Of a stretch of 64,000 nt of DNA, positions 24,901-40,900 are shown piece after piece. How positions within the stretch are numbered: position 1 is the first letter of the stretch; each line of letters starts with the position of its first letter. Below the pieces are notes generated by a model. The model saw nothing but the letters and a program-made list of their open reading frames with translations. It did not search any database and was not told where the DNA came from. The translations under genes and the position numbers were made by a program. Source of the DNA: Auanema rhodensis. Lineage: Eukaryota > Animalia > Nematoda. Location: contig OZ059898.1 of the NCBI GenBank assembly GCA_964057225.1, positions 434,001-498,000 on the forward strand, read 5' to 3'.

Positions 24901-26841
24901 TAACATTGTCCATCGTCTTTGCCTTGAAAAAAGGAATCTAAAAACATCTACTTTTTGCTAAATTATTTTGAAATTTTTCGAAAAAATTTTTGTCAAAATG
25001 TTTTTGGAAGCAATGTTGAGTGTACAAGGAAACTCAACATACACTAATGCATCATTTTTTAAACGATCATAACTAATTTTTGTATTAAGCGTTTCTCAAT
25101 GTAGTATAGTGCATTCGATGCGGATTTTTAAGCTGCCTCGATCTGTGTTATCAGATTTGCGCTAGCTTAAAAATGCACCGAGATATCAATTGATATAAGT
25201 TCACACTTATATCCTCGATTTTCACCCTGAAGAATTAATTTTTTTGTTGAATAACATTGTCCATCGTCTTTGCCTTGAAAAAAGGAATCTAAAAACATCT
25301 ACTTTTTGCTAAATTATTTTGAAATTTTTCGAAAAAATTTTTGTCAAAATGTTTTTGGAAGCAATGTTGAGTGTACAAGGAAACTCAACATACACTAATG
25401 CATCATTTTTTAAACGATCATAACTAATTTTTGTATTAAGCGTTTCTCAATGTAGTATAGTGCATTCGATGCGGATTTTTAAGCTGCGTCGATCTGTGTT
25501 ATCAGATTTGCGCTAGCTTAAAAATGCACCGAGATATCCATTGATATAAGTTCACACTTATATCCTCGATTTTCACCCTGAAGAATTAATTTTTTCGTTG
25601 AATAACATTGTCCATCGTCTTTGCCTTAAAAAAAGGAATCTAAAAACATCTACTTTTTGCTAAATTATTTTGAAATTTTTCGAAAAAAATTTTTGTCAAA
25701 ATGTTTTTGGAAGCAATGTTGAGTGTACATGGAAACTCAACATACACTAATGCATCATTTTTTAAACGATCATAACTAATTTTTGTATTAAGCGTTTCTC
25801 AATGTCGTATAGTGCATTCGATGCGGATTTTTAAGCTGCGTCGATCTGTGTTATCAGATTTGCGCTAGCTTAAAAATGCACCGAGATATCAACTGATATA
25901 AGTTCACACTTATATCCTCGATTTTCACCCTGAAGAATTAATTTTTTTGTTGAATAACATTGTCCATCGTCTTTGCCTTGAAAAAAGGAATCTAAAAACA
26001 TCTACTTTTTGCTAAATTATTTTGAAATTTTTCGAAAAAATTTTTGTCAAAATGTTTTTGGAAGCAATGTTGAGTGTATATGGAAACTCAACATACACTA
26101 ATGCATCATTTTTCAAACGATCATAACTAATTTTTGTATTAAGCGTTTCTCAATGTAGTATAGTGCATTCGATGCGGATTTTTAAGCTGCGTCGATCTGT
26201 GTTATCAGATTTGCGCTAGCTTAAAAATGCACCGAGATATCAACTGATATAAGTTCACACTTATATCCTCGATTTTCACCCTGAAGAATTAATTTTTTCG
26301 TTGAATAACATTGTCCATCGTCTTTGCCTTGAAAAAAGGAATCTAAAAACATCTTCTTTTTGCTAAATTATTTTGAAATTTTTCGAAAAAATTTTTGTCA
26401 AAATGTTCTTGGAAGCAATGTTGAGTGTACATGGAAACTCAACATACACTAATGCATCATTTTTCAAACGATCATAACTAATTTTTGTATTAAGCGTTTC
26501 TCAATGTCGTATAGTGCATTCGATGCGGATTTTTAAGCTGCGTCGATCTGTGTTATCAGATTTGCGCTAGCTTAAAAATGCACCGAGATATCAACTGATA
26601 TAAGTTCACACTTATATCCTCGATTTTCACCCTGAAGAATTAATTTTTTTGTTGAATAACATTGTCCATCGTCTTTGCCTTGAAAAAAGGAATCTAAAAA
26701 CATCTACTTTTTGCTAAATTATTTTGAAATTTTTCGAAAAAATTTTTGTCAAAATGTTTTTGGAAGCAATGTTGAGTGTATATGGAAACTCAACATACAC
26801 TAATGCATCATTTTTCAAACGATCATAACTAATTTTTGTAT
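21926..26841. repeat. 7-monomer (2458-bp) tandem duplication in satellite B
   Basis: The private variant gctgcctcga (22679/25137) and the cctta plus 1-bp A-insertion monomer recur at offset 2458 = 7x351+1. Confidence 0.85.
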
Positions 26842-27192
26842 TAAGCGTTTCTCAATGTAGTATAGTGCATTCGATGCGGATTTTTAAGCTGCGTCGATCT
26901 GTGTTATCAGATTTGCGCTAGCTTAAAAATGCACCGAGATATCAACTGATATAAGTTCACACTTATATCCTCGATTTTCACCCTGAAGAATTAATTTTTT
27001 CGTTGAATAACATTGTCCATCGTCTTTGCCTTGAAAAAAGGAATCTAAAAACATCTTCTTTTTGCTAAATTATTTTGAAATTTTTCGAAAAAATTTTTGT
27101 CAAAATGTTCTTGGAAGCAATGTTGAGTGTACATGGAAACTCAACATACACTAATGCATCATTTTTCAAACGATCATAACTAATTTTTGTAT

Positions 27193-30100
27193 TAAGCGTT
27201 TCTCAATGTAGTATAGTGCATTCGATGCGGATTTTTAAGCTGCGTCGATCTGTGTTATCAGATTTGCGCTAGCTTAAAAATGCACCGAGATATCAACTGA
27301 TATAAGTTCACACTTATATCCTCGATTTTCACCCTGAAGAATTAATTTTTTCGTTGAATAACATTGTCCATCGTCTTTGCCTTGAAAAAAGGAATCTAAA
27401 AACATCTACTTTTCGCCAAATTATTTCGAAATATTTCGAAAAAATTTTTGTCAAAATGTTTTTGGAAGCAATGTTGAGTGTACATGGAAACTCAACATAC
27501 ACTAATGCATCATTTTTCAAACGATCATAACTAATTTTTGTATTAAGCGTTTCTCAATGTAGTATAGTGCATTCGATGCGGATTTTTAAGCTGCGTCGAT
27601 CTGTGTTATCTGATTTGCGCTAGCTTAAAAATGCACCGAGATATCAACTGATATAAGTTCACACTTATATCCTCGATTTTCACCCTGAAGAATTAATTTT
27701 TTCGTTGAATAACATTGTCCATCGTCTTTGCCTTGAAAAAAGGAATCTAAAAACATCTACTTTTTGCTAAATTATTCTGAAATTTTTCGAAAAAATTTTT
27801 GTCAAAATGTTTTTGGAAGCAATGTTGAGTGTACATGGAAACTCAACATACACTAATGCATCATTTTTCAAACGATCATAACTAATTTTTGTATTAAGCG
27901 TTTCTCAATGTAGTATAGTGCATTCGATGCGGATTTTTAAGCTGCGTCGATCTGTGTTATCAGATTTGCGCTAGCTTAAAAATGCACCGAGATATCAACT
28001 GATATAAGTTCACACTTATATCCTCGATTTTCACCCTGAAGAATTAATTTTTTCGTTGAATAACATTGTCCATCGTCTTTGCCTTGAAAAAAGGAATCTA
28101 AAAACATCTACTTTTCGCCAAATTATTTTGAAATTTTTCGAAAAAATTTTTGTCAAAATGTTTTTGGAAGCAATGTTGAGTGTACATGGAAACTCAACAT
28201 ACACTAATGCATCATTTTTCAAACGATCATAACTAATTTTTGTATTAAGCGTTTCTCAATGTAGTATAGTGCATTCGATGCGGATTTTTAAGCTGCGTCG
28301 ATCTGTGTTATCAGATTTGCGCTAGCTTAAAAATGCACCGAGATATCAACTGATATAAGTTCACACATATATCCTCGATTTTCACCCTGAAGAATTAATT
28401 TTTTCGTTGAATAACATTGTCCATCGTCTTTGCCTTAAAAAAAGGAATCTAAAAACATCTACTTTTTGCTAAATTATTTTGAAATTTTTCGAAAAAATTT
28501 TTGTCAAAATGTTTTTGGAAGCAATGTTGAGTGTACATGGAAACTCAACATACACTAATGCATCATTTTTCAAACGATCATAACTAATTTTTGTATTAAG
28601 CGTTTCTCAATGTAGTATAGTGCATTCGATGCGGATTTTTAAGCTGCGTCGATCTGTGTTATCAGATTTGCGCTAGCTTAAAAATGCACCGAGATATCAA
28701 CTGATATAAGTTCACACTTATATCCTCGATTTTCACCCTGAAGAATTAATTTTTTTGTTGAATAACATTGTCCATCGTCTTTGCCTTGAAAAAAGGAATC
28801 TAAAAACATCTACTTTTTGCTAAATTATTTTGAAATTTTTCGAAAAAATTTTTGTCAAAATGTTTTTGGAAGCAATGTTGAGTGTATATGGAAACTCAAC
28901 ATACACTAATGCATCATTTTTCAAACGATCATAACTAATTTTTGTATTAAGCGTTTCTCAATGTAGTATAGTGCATTCGATGCGGATTTTTAAGCTGCGT
29001 CGATCTGTGTTATCAGATTTGCGCTAGCTTAAAAATGCACCGAGATATCAACTGATATAAGTTCACACTTATATCCTCGATTTTCACCCTGAAGAATTAA
29101 TTTTTTCGTTGAATAACATTGTCCATCGTCTTTGCCTTGAAAAAAGGAATCTAAAAACATCTTCTTTTTGCTAAATTATTTTGAAATTTTTCGAAAAAAT
29201 TTTTGTCAAAATGTTCTTGGAAGCAATGTTGAGTGTACATGGAAACTCAACATACACTAATGCATCATTTTTCAAACGATCATAACTAATTTTTGTATTA
29301 AGCGTTTCTCAATGTCGTATAGTGCATTCGATGCGGATTTTTAAGCTGCGTCGATCTGTGTTATCAGATTTGCGCTAGCTTAAAAATGCACCGAGATATC
29401 AACTGATATAAGTTCACACTTATATCCTCGATTTTCACCCTGAAGAATTAATTTTTTTGTTGAATAACATTGTCCATCGTCTTTGCCTTGAAAAAAGGAA
29501 TCTAAAAACATCTACTTTTTGCTAAATTATTTTGAAATTTTTCGAAAAAATTTTTGTCAAAATGTTTTTGGAAGCAATGTTGAGTGTATATGGAAACTCA
29601 ACATACACTAATGCATCATTTTTCAAACGATCATAACTAATTTTTGTATTAAGCGTTTCTCAATGTAGTATAGTGCATTCGATGCGGATTTTTAAGCTGC
29701 GTCGATCTGTGTTATCAGATTTGCGCTAGCTTAAAAATGCACCGAGATATCAACTGATATAAGTTCACACTTATATCCTCGATTTTCACCCTGAAGAATT
29801 AATTTTTTCGTTGAATAACATTGTCCATCGTCTTTGCCTTGAAAAAAGGAATCTAAAAACATCTTCTTTTTGCTAAATTATTTTGAAATTTTTCGAAAAA
29901 ATTTTTGTCAAAATGTTCTTGGAAGCAATGTTGAGTGTACATGGAAACTCAACATACACTAATGCATCATTTTTCAAACGATCATAACTAATTTTTGTAT
30001 TAAGCGTTTCTCAATGTAGTATAGTGCATTCGATGCGGATTTTTAAGCTGCGTCGATCTGTGTTATCAGATTTGCGCTAGCTTAAAAATGCACCGAGATA

Positions 30101-33100
30101 TCAACTGATATAAGTTCACACTTATATCCTCGATTTTCACCCTGAAGAATTAATTTTTTCGTTGAATAACATTGTCCATCGTCTTTGCCTTGAAAAAAGG
30201 AATCTAAAAACATCTACTTTTCGCCAAATTATTTCGAAATATTTCGAAAAAATTTTTGTCAAAATGTTTTTGGAAGCAATGTTGAGTGTACATGGAAACT
30301 CAACATACACTAATGCATCATTTTTCAAACGATCATAACTAATTTTTGTATTAAGCGTTTCTCAATGTAGTATAGTGCATTCGATGCGGATTTTTAAGCT
30401 GCGTCGATCTGTGTTATCTGATTTGCGCTAGCTTAAAAATGCACCGAGATATCAACTGATATAAGTTCACACTTATATCCTCGATTTTCACCCTGAAGAA
30501 TTAATTTTTTCGTTGAATAACATTGTCCATCGTCTTTGCCTTGAAAAAAGGAATCTAAAAACATCTACTTTTTGCTAAATTATTCTGAAATTTTTCGAAA
30601 AAATTTTTGTCAAAATGTTTTTGGAAGCAATGTTGAGTGTACATGGAAACTCAACATACACTAATGCATCATTTTTCAAACGATCATAACTAATTTTTGT
30701 ATTAAGCGTTTCTCAATGTAGTATAGTGCATTCGATGCGGATTTTTAAGCTGCGTCGATCTGTGTTATCAGATTTGCGCTAGCTTAAAAATGCACCGAGA
30801 TATCAACTGATATAAGTTCACACTTATATCCTCGATTTTCACCCTGAAGAATTAATTTTTTCGTTGAATAACATTGTCCATCGTCTTTGCCTTGAAAAAA
30901 GGAATCTAAAAACATCTACTTTTCGCCAAATTATTTTGAAATTTTTCGAAAAAATTTTTGTCAAAATGTTTTTGGAAGCAATGTTGAGTGTACATGGAAA
31001 CTCAACATACACTAATGCATCATTTTTCAAACGATCATAACTAATTTTTGTATTAAGCGTTTCTCAATGTCGTATAGTGCATTCGATGCGGATTTTTAAG
31101 CTGCGTCGATCTGTGTTATCAGATTTGCGCTAGCTTAAAAATGCACCGAGATATCAACTGATATAAGTTCACACTTATATCCTCGATTTTCACCCTGAAG
31201 AATTAATTTTTTCGTTGAATAACATTGTCCATCGTCTTTGCCTTGAAAAAAGGAATCTAAAAACATCTACTTTTTGCTAAATTATTCTGAAATTTTTCGA
31301 AAAAATTTTTGTCAAAATGTTTTTGGAAGCAATGTTGAGTGTACATGGAAACTCAACATACACTAATGCATCATTTTTCAAACGATCATAACTAATTTTT
31401 GTATTAAGCGTTTCTCAATGTAGTATAGTGCATTCGATGCGGATTTTTAAGCTGCGTCGATCTGTGTTATCAGATTTGCGCTAGCTTAAAAATGCACCGA
31501 GATATCAACTGATATAAGTTCACACTTATATCCTCGATTTTCACCCTGAAGAATTAATTTTTTCGTTGAATAACATTGTCCATCGTCTTTGCCTTGAAAA
31601 AAGGAATCTAAAAACATCTACTTTTCGCCAAATTATTTTGAAATTTTTCGAAAAAATTTTTGTCAAAATGTTTTTGGAAGCAATGTTGAGTGTACATGGA
31701 AACTCAACATACACTAATGCATCATTTTTCAAACGATCATAACTAATTTTTGTATTAAGCGTTTCTCAATGTAGTATAGTGCATTCGATGCGGATTTTTA
31801 AGCTGCGTCGATCTGTGTTATCAGATTTGCGCTAGCTTAAAAATGCACCGAGATATCAACTGATATAAGTTCACACATATATCCTCGATTTTCACCCTGA
31901 AGAATTAATTTTTTCGTTGAATAACATTGTCCATCGTCTTTGCCTTAAAAAAAGGAATCTAAAAACATCTACTTTTTGCTAAATTATTTTGAAATTTTTC
32001 GAAAAAATTTTTGTCAAAATGTTTTTGGAAGCAATGTTGAGTGTACATGGAAACTCAACATACACTAATGCATCATTTTTCAAACGATCATAACTAATTT
32101 TTGTATTAAGCGTTTCTCAATGTAGTATAGTGCATTCGATGCGGATTTTTAAGCTGCGTCGATCTGTGTTATCAGATTTGCGCTAGCTTAAAAATGCACC
32201 GAGATATCAACTGATATAAGTTCACACTTATATCCTCGATTTTCACCCTGAAGAATTAATTTTTTTGTTGAATAACATTGTCCATCGTCTTTGCCTTGAA
32301 AAAAGGAATCTAAAAACATCTACTTTTTGCTAAATTATTTTGAAATTTTTCGAAAAAATTTTTGTCAAAATGTTTTTGGAAGCAATGTTGAGTGTATATG
32401 GAAACTCAACATACACTAATGCATCATTTTTCAAACGATCATAACTAATTTTTGTATTAAGCGTTTCTCAATGTAGTATAGTGCATTCGATGCGGATTTT
32501 TAAGCTGCGTCGATCTGTGTTATCAGATTTGCGCTAGCTTAAAAATGCACCGAGATATCAACTGATATAAGTTCACACTTATATCCTCGATTTTCACCCT
32601 GAAGAATTAATTTTTTCGTTGAATAACATTGTCCATCGTCTTTGCCTTGAAAAAAGGAATCTAAAAACATCTTCTTTTTGCTAAATTATTTTGAAATTTT
32701 TCGAAAAAATTTTTGTCAAAATGTTCTTGGAAGCAATGTTGAGTGTACATGGAAACTCAACATACACTAATGCATCATTTTTCAAACGATCATAACTAAT
32801 TTTTGTATTAAGCGTTTCTCAATGTCGTATAGTGCATTCGATGCGGATTTTTAAGCTGCGTCGATCTGTGTTATCAGATTTGCGCTAGCTTAAAAATGCA
32901 CCGAGATATCAACTGATATAAGTTCACACTTATATCCTCGATTTTCACCCTGAAGAATTAATTTTTTTGTTGAATAACATTGTCCATCGTCTTTGCCTTG
33001 AAAAAAGGAATCTAAAAACATCTACTTTTTGCTAAATTATTTTGAAATTTTTCGAAAAAATTTTTGTCAAAATGTTTTTGGAAGCAATGTTGAGTGTATA

Positions 33101-34914
33101 TGGAAACTCAACATACACTAATGCATCATTTTTCAAACGATCATAACTAATTTTTGTATTAAGCGTTTCTCAATGTAGTATAGTGCATTCGATGCGGATT
33201 TTTAAGCTGCGTCGATCTGTGTTATCAGATTTGCGCTAGCTTAAAAATGCACCGAGATATCAACTGATATAAGTTCACACTTATATCCTCGATTTTCACC
33301 CTGAAGAATTAATTTTTTCGTTGAATAACATTGTCCATCGTCTTTGCCTTGAAAAAAGGAATCTAAAAACATCTTCTTTTTGCTAAATTATTTTGAAATT
33401 TTTCGAAAAAATTTTTGTCAAAATGTTCTTGGAAGCAATGTTGAGTGTACATGGAAACTCAACATACACTAATGCATCATTTTTCAAACGATCATAACTA
33501 ATTTTTGTATTAAGCGTTTCTCAATGTAGTATAGTGCATTCGATGCGGATTTTTAAGCTGCGTCGATCTGTGTTATCAGATTTGCGCTAGCTTAAAAATG
33601 CACCGAGATATCAACTGATATAAGTTCACACTTATATCCTCGATTTTCACCCTGAAGAATTAATTTTTTCGTTGAATAACATTGTCCATCGTCTTTGCCT
33701 TGAAAAAAGGAATCTAAAAACATCTACTTTTCGCCAAATTATTTCGAAATATTTCGAAAAAATTTTTGTCAAAATGTTTTTGGAAGCAATGTTGAGTGTA
33801 CATGGAAACTCAACATACACTAATGCATCATTTTTCAAACGATCATAACTAATTTTTGTATTAAGCGTTTCTCAATGTAGTATAGTGCATTCGATGCGGA
33901 TTTTTAAGCTGCGTCGATCTGTGTTATCTGATTTGCGCTAGCTTAAAAATGCACCGAGATATCAACTGATATAAGTTCACACTTATATCCTCGATTTTCA
34001 CCCTGAAGAATTAATTTTTTCGTTGAATAACATTGTCCATCGTCTTTGCCTTGAAAAAAGGAATCTAAAAACATCTACTTTTTGCTAAATTATTCTGAAA
34101 TTTTTCGAAAAAATTTTTGTCAAAATGTTTTTGGAAGCAATGTTGAGTGTACATGGAAACTCAACATACACTAATGCATCATTTTTCAAACGATCATAAC
34201 TAATTTTTGTATTAAGCGTTTCTCAATGTAGTATAGTGCATTCGATGCGGATTTTTAAGCTGCGTCGATCTGTGTTATCAGATTTGCGCTAGCTTAAAAA
34301 TGCACCGAGATATCAACTGATATAAGTTCACACTTATATCCTCGATTTTCACCCTGAAGAATTAATTTTTTCGTTGAATAACATTGTCCATCGTCTTTGC
34401 CTTGAAAAAAGGAATCTAAAAACATCTACTTTTCGCCAAATTATTTTGAAATTTTTCGAAAAAATTTTTGTCAAAATGTTTTTGGAAGCAATGTTGAGTG
34501 TACATGGAAACTCAACATACACTAATGCATCATTTTTCAAACGATCATAACTAATTTTTGTATTAAGCGTTTCTCAATGTAGTATAGTGCATTCGATGCG
34601 GATTTTTAAGCTGCGTCGATCTGTGTTATCAGATTTGCGCTAGCTTAAAAATGCACCGAGATATCAACTGATATAAGTTCACACATATATCCTCGATTTT
34701 CACCCTGAAGAATTAATTTTTTCGTTGAATAACATTGTCCATCGTCTTTGCCTTAAAAAAAGGAATCTAAAAACATCTACTTTTTGCTAAATTATTTTGA
34801 AATTTTTCGAAAAAATTTTTGTCAAAATGTTTTTGGAAGCAATGTTGAGTGTACATGGAAACTCAACATACACTAATGCATCATTTTTCAAACGATCATA
34901 ACTAATTTTTGTAT
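27193..34914. repeat. 8-mer / 10-mer higher-order repeat block in satellite B
   Basis: The atttcgaaatatttcg marker monomer (KYFEII ORFs at 27329, 30137, 33647) recurs at 2808 (8x351) and then 3510 (10x351). The 10-mer is the 8-mer plus an internally repeated dimer. Confidence 0.82.
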
Positions 34915-37900
34915 TAAGCGTTTCTCAATGTAGTATAGTGCATTCGATGCGGATTTTTAAGCTGCGTCGATCTGTGTTATCAGATTTGCGCTAGCTTAAA
35001 AATGCACCGAGATATCAACTGATATAAGTTCACACTTATATCCTCGATTTTCACCCTGAAGAATTAATTTTTTCGTTGAATAACATTGTCCATCGTCTTT
35101 GCCTTGAAAAAAGGAATCTAAAAACATCTACTTTTCGCCAAATTATTTTGAAATATTTCGAAAAAATTTTTGTCAAAATGTTTTTGGAAGCAATGTTGAG
35201 TGTACATGGAAACTCAACATACACTAATGCATCATTTTTCAAACGATCATAACTAATTTTTGTATTAAGCGTTTCTCAATGTAGTATAGTGCATTCGATG
35301 CGCATTTTTAAGCTGCGTCGATCTGTGTTATCAGATTTGCGCTAGCTTAAAAATGCACCGAGATATCAACTGATATAAGTTCACACTTATATCCTCGATT
35401 TTCACCCTGAAGAATTAATTTTTTCGTTGAATAACATTGTCCATCGTCTTTGCCTTGAAAAAAGGAATCTAAAAACATCTTCTTTTTGCTAAATTATTTT
35501 GAAATTTTTCGAAAAAATTTTTGTCAAAATGTTCTTGGAAGCAATGTTGAGTGTACATGGAAACTCAACATACACTAATGCATCATTTTTCAAACGATCA
35601 TAACTAATTTTTGTATTAAGCGTTTCTCAATGTAGTATAGTGCATTCGATGCGGATTTTTAAGCTGCGTCGATCTGTGTTATCAGATTTGCGCTAGCTTA
35701 AAAATGCACCGAGATATCAACTGATATAAGTTCACACTTATATCCTCGATTTTCACCCTGAAGAATTAATTTTTTCGTTGAATAACATTGTCCATCGTCT
35801 TTGCCTTGAAAAAAGGAATCTAAAAACATCTACTTTTCGCCAAATTATTTTGAAATATTTCGAAAAAATTTTTGTCAAAATGTTTTTGGAAGCAATGTTG
35901 AGTGTACATGGAAACTCAACATACACTAATGCATCATTTTTCAAACGATCATAACTAATTTTTGTATTAAGCGTTTCTCAATGTAGTATAGTGCATTCGA
36001 TGCGCATTTTTAAGCTGCGTCGATCTGTGTTATCAGATTTGCGCTAGCTTAAAAATGCACCGAGATATCAACTGATATAAGTTCACACTTATATCCTCGA
36101 TTTTCACCCTGAAGAATTAATTTTTTCGTTGAATAACATTGTCCATCGTCTTTGCCTTGAAAAAAGGAATCTAAAAACATCTTCTTTTTGCTAAATTATT
36201 TTGAAATTTTTCGAAAAAATTTTTGTCAAAATGTTCTTGGAAGCAATGTTGAGTGTACATGGAAACTCAACATACACTAATGCATCATTTTTCAAACGAT
36301 CATAACTAATTTTTGTATTAAGCGTTTCTCAATGTAGTATAGTGCATTCGATGCGGATTTTTAAGCTGCGTCGATCTGTGTTATCAGATTTGCGCTAGCT
36401 TAAAAATGCACCGAGATATCAACTGATATAAGTTCACACTTATATCCTCGATTTTCACCCTGAAGAATTAATTTTTTCGTTGAATAACATTGTCCATCGT
36501 CTTTGCCTTGAAAAAAGGAATCTAAAAACATCTACTTTTCGCCAAATTATTTTGAAATTTTTCGAAAAAATTTTTGTCAAAATGTTTTTGGAAGCAATGT
36601 TGAGTGTACATGGAAACTCAACATACACTAATGCATCATTTTTCAAACGATCATAACTAATTTTTGTATTAAGCGTTTCTCAATGTAGTATAGTGCATTC
36701 GATGCGGATTTTTAAGCTGCGTCGATCTGTGTTATCAGATTTGCGCTAGCTTAAAAATGCACCGAGATATCAACTGATATAAGTTCACACATATATCCTC
36801 GATTTTCACCCTGAAGAATTAATTTTTTCGTTGAATAACATTGTCCATCGTCTTTGCCTTAAAAAAAGGAATCTAAAAACATCTACTTTTTGCTAAATTA
36901 TTTTGAAATTTTTCGAAAAAATTTTTGTCAAAATGTTTTTGGAAGCAATGTTGAGTGTACATGGAAACTCAACATACACTAATGCATCATTTTTCAAACG
37001 ATCATAACTAATTTTTGTATTAAGCGTTTCTCAATGTAGTATAGTGCATTCGATGCGGATTTTTAAGCTGCGTCGATCTGTGTTATCAGATTTGCGCTAG
37101 CTTAAAAATGCACCGAGATATCAACTGATATAAGTTCACACATATATCCTCGATTTTCACCCTGAAGAATTAATTTTTTCGTTGAATAACATTGTCCATC
37201 GTCTTTGCCTTAAAAAAAGGAATCTAAAAACATCTACTTTTTGCTAAATTATTTTGAAATTTTTCGAAAAAATTTTTGTCAAAATGTTTTTGGAAGCAAT
37301 GTTGAGTGTACATGGAAACTCAACATACACTAATGCATCATTTTTCAAACGATCATAACTAATTTTTGTATTAAGCGTTTCTCAATGTAGTATAGTGCAT
37401 TCGATGCGGATTTTTAAGCTGCGTCGATCTGTGTTATCAGATTTGCGCTAGCTTAAAAATGCACCGAGATATCAACTGATATAAGTTCACACTTATATCC
37501 TCGATTTTCACCCTGAAGAATTAATTTTTTCGTTGAATAACATTGTCCATCGTCTTTGCCTTGAAAAAAGGAATCTAAAAACATCTACTTTTCGCCAAAT
37601 TATTTTGAAATATTTCGAAAAAATTTTTGTCAAAATGTTTTTGGAAGCAATGTTGAGTGTACATGGAAACTCAACATACACTAATGCATCATTTTTCAAA
37701 CGATCATAACTAATTTTTGTATTAAGCGTTTCTCAATGTAGTATAGTGCATTCGATGCGCATTTTTAAGCTGCGTCGATCTGTGTTATCAGATTTGCGCT
37801 AGCTTAAAAATGCACCGAGATATCAACTGATATAAGTTCACACTTATATCCTCGATTTTCACCCTGAAGAATTAATTTTTTCGTTGAATAACATTGTCCA

Positions 37901-40900
37901 TCGTCTTTGCCTTGAAAAAAGGAATCTAAAAACATCTTCTTTTTGCTAAATTATTTTGAAATTTTTCGAAAAAATTTTTGTCAAAATGTTCTTGGAAGCA
38001 ATGTTGAGTGTACATGGAAACTCAACATACACTAATGCATCATTTTTCAAACGATCATAACTAATTTTTGTATTAAGCGTTTCTCAATGTAGTATAGTGC
38101 ATTCGATGCGGATTTTTAAGCTGCGTCGATCTGTGTTATCAGATTTGCGCTAGCTTAAAAATGCACCGAGATATCAACTGATATAAGTTCACACTTATAT
38201 CCTCGATTTTCACCCTGAAGAATTAATTTTTTCGTTGAATAACATTGTCCATCGTCTTTGCCTTGAAAAAAGGAATCTAAAAACATCTACTTTTCGCCAA
38301 ATTATTTTGAAATTTTTCGAAAAAATTTTTGTCAAAATGTTTTTGGAAGCAATGTTGAGTGTACATGGAAACTCAACATACACTAATGCATCATTTTTCA
38401 AACGATCATAACTAATTTTTGTATTAAGCGTTTCTCAATGTAGTATAGTGCATTCGATGCGGATTTTCAAGCTGCGTCGATCTGTGTTATCAGATTTGCG
38501 CTAGCTTAAAAATGCACCGAGATATCAACTGATATAAGTTCACACATATATCCTCGATTTTCACCCTGAAGAATTAATTTTTTCGTTGAATAACATTGTC
38601 CATCGTCTTTGCCTTAAAAAAAGGAATCTAAAAACATCTACTTTTTGCTAAATTATTTTGAAATTTTTCGAAAACATTTTTGTCAAAATGTTTTTGGAAG
38701 CAATGTTGAGTGTACATGGAAACTCAACATACACTAATGCATCATTTTTCAAACGATCATAACTAATTTTTGTATTAAGCGTTTCTCAATGTAGTATAGT
38801 GCATTCGATGCGGATTTTTAAGCTGCGTCGATCTGTGTTATCAGATTTGCGCTAGCTTAAAAATGCACCGAGATATCAACTGATATAAGTTCACACTTAT
38901 ATCCTCGATTTTCACCCTGAAGAATTAATTTTTTCGTTGAATAACATTGTCCATCGTCTTTGCCTTGAAAAAAGGAATCTAAAAACATCTACTTTTCGCC
39001 AAATTATTCTGAAATATTTCGAAAAAATTTTTGTCAAAATGTTTTTGGAAGCAATGTTGAGTGTACATGGAAACTCAACATACACTAATGCATCATTTTT
39101 CAAACGATCATAACTAATTTTTGTATTAAGCGTTTCTCAATGTAGTATAGTGCATTCGATGCGGATTTTTAAGCTGCGTCGATCTGTGTTATCAGATTTG
39201 CGCTAGCTTAAAAATGCACCGAGATATCAACTGATATAAGTTCACACTTATATCCTCGATTTTCACCCTGAAGAATTAATTTTTTCGTTGAATAACATTG
39301 TCCATCGTCTTTGCCTTGAAAAAAGGAATCTAAAAACATCTTCTTTTTGCTAAATTATTTTGAAATTTTTCGAAAAAATTTTTGTCAAAATGTTCTTGGA
39401 AGCAATGTTGAGTGTACATGGAAACTCAACATACACTAATGCATCATTTTTCAAACGATCATAACTAATTTTTGTATTAAGCGTTTCTCAATGTAGTATA
39501 GTGCATTCGATGCGGATTTTTAAGCTGCGTCGATCTGTGTTATCAGATTTGCGCTAGCTTAAAAATGCACCGAGATATCAACTGATATAAGTTCACACTT
39601 ATATCCTCGATTTTCACCCTGAAGAATTAATTTTTTCGTTGAATAACATTGTCCATCGTCTTTGCCTTGAAAAAAGGAATCTAAAAACATCTACTTTTTG
39701 CTAAATTATCTTGAAATTTTTCGAAAAATTTTTGTCAAAATGTTTTTGGAAGCAATGTTGAGTGTACATGGAAACTCAACATACACTAATGCATCATTTT
39801 TCAAACGATCATAACTATTTTTTGTATTAAGCGTTTCTCAATGTAGTATAGTGCATTCGATGCGGATTTTTAAGCTGCGTCGATCTGTGTTATCAGATTT
39901 GCGCTAGCTTAAAAATGCACCGAGATATCAACTGATATAAGTTCACACATATATCCTCGATTTTCACCCTGAAGAATTAATTTTTTCGTTGAATAACATT
40001 GTCCATCGTCTTTGCCTTGAAAAAAGGAATCTAAAAACATCTACTTTTTGCTAAATTATTTTGAAATTTTTCGAAAAAATTTTTGTCAAAATGTTTTTGG
40101 AAGCAATGTTGAGTGTACATGGAAACTCAACATACACTAATGCATCATTTTTCAAACGATCATAACTAATTTTTGTATTAAGCGTTTCTCAATGTAGTAT
40201 AGTGCATTCGATGCGGATTTTTAAGCTGCGTCGATCTGTGTTATCAGATTTGCGCTAGCTTAAAAATGCACCGAGATATCAACTGATATAAGTTCACACT
40301 TATATCCTCGATTTTCACCCTGAAGAATTAATTTTTTCGTTGAATAACATTGTCCATCGTCTTTGCCTTGAAAAAAGGAATCTAAAAACATCTTCTTTTT
40401 GCTAAATTATTTTGAAATTTTTCGAAAAAATTTTTGTCAAAATGTTCTTGGAAGCAATGTTGAGTGTACATGGAAACTCAACATACACTAATGCATCATT
40501 TTTCAAACGATCATAACTAATTTTTGTATTAAGCGTTTCTCAATGTAGTATAGTGCATTCGATGCGGATTTTTAAGCTGCGTCGATCTGTGTTATCAGAT
40601 TTGCGCTAGCTTAAAAATGCACCGAGATATCAACTGATATAAGTTCACACTTATATCCTCGATTTTCACCCTGAAGAATTAATTTTTTCGTTGAATAACA
40701 TTGTCCATCGTCTTTGCCTTGAAAAAAGGAATCTAAAAACATCTACTTTTTGCTAAATTATCTTGAAATTTTTCGAAAAATTTTTGTCAAAATGTTTTTG
40801 GAAGCAATGTTGAGTGTACATGGAAACTCAACATACACTAATGCATCATTTTTCAAACGATCATAACTATTTTTTGTATTAAGCGTTTCTCAATGTAGTA

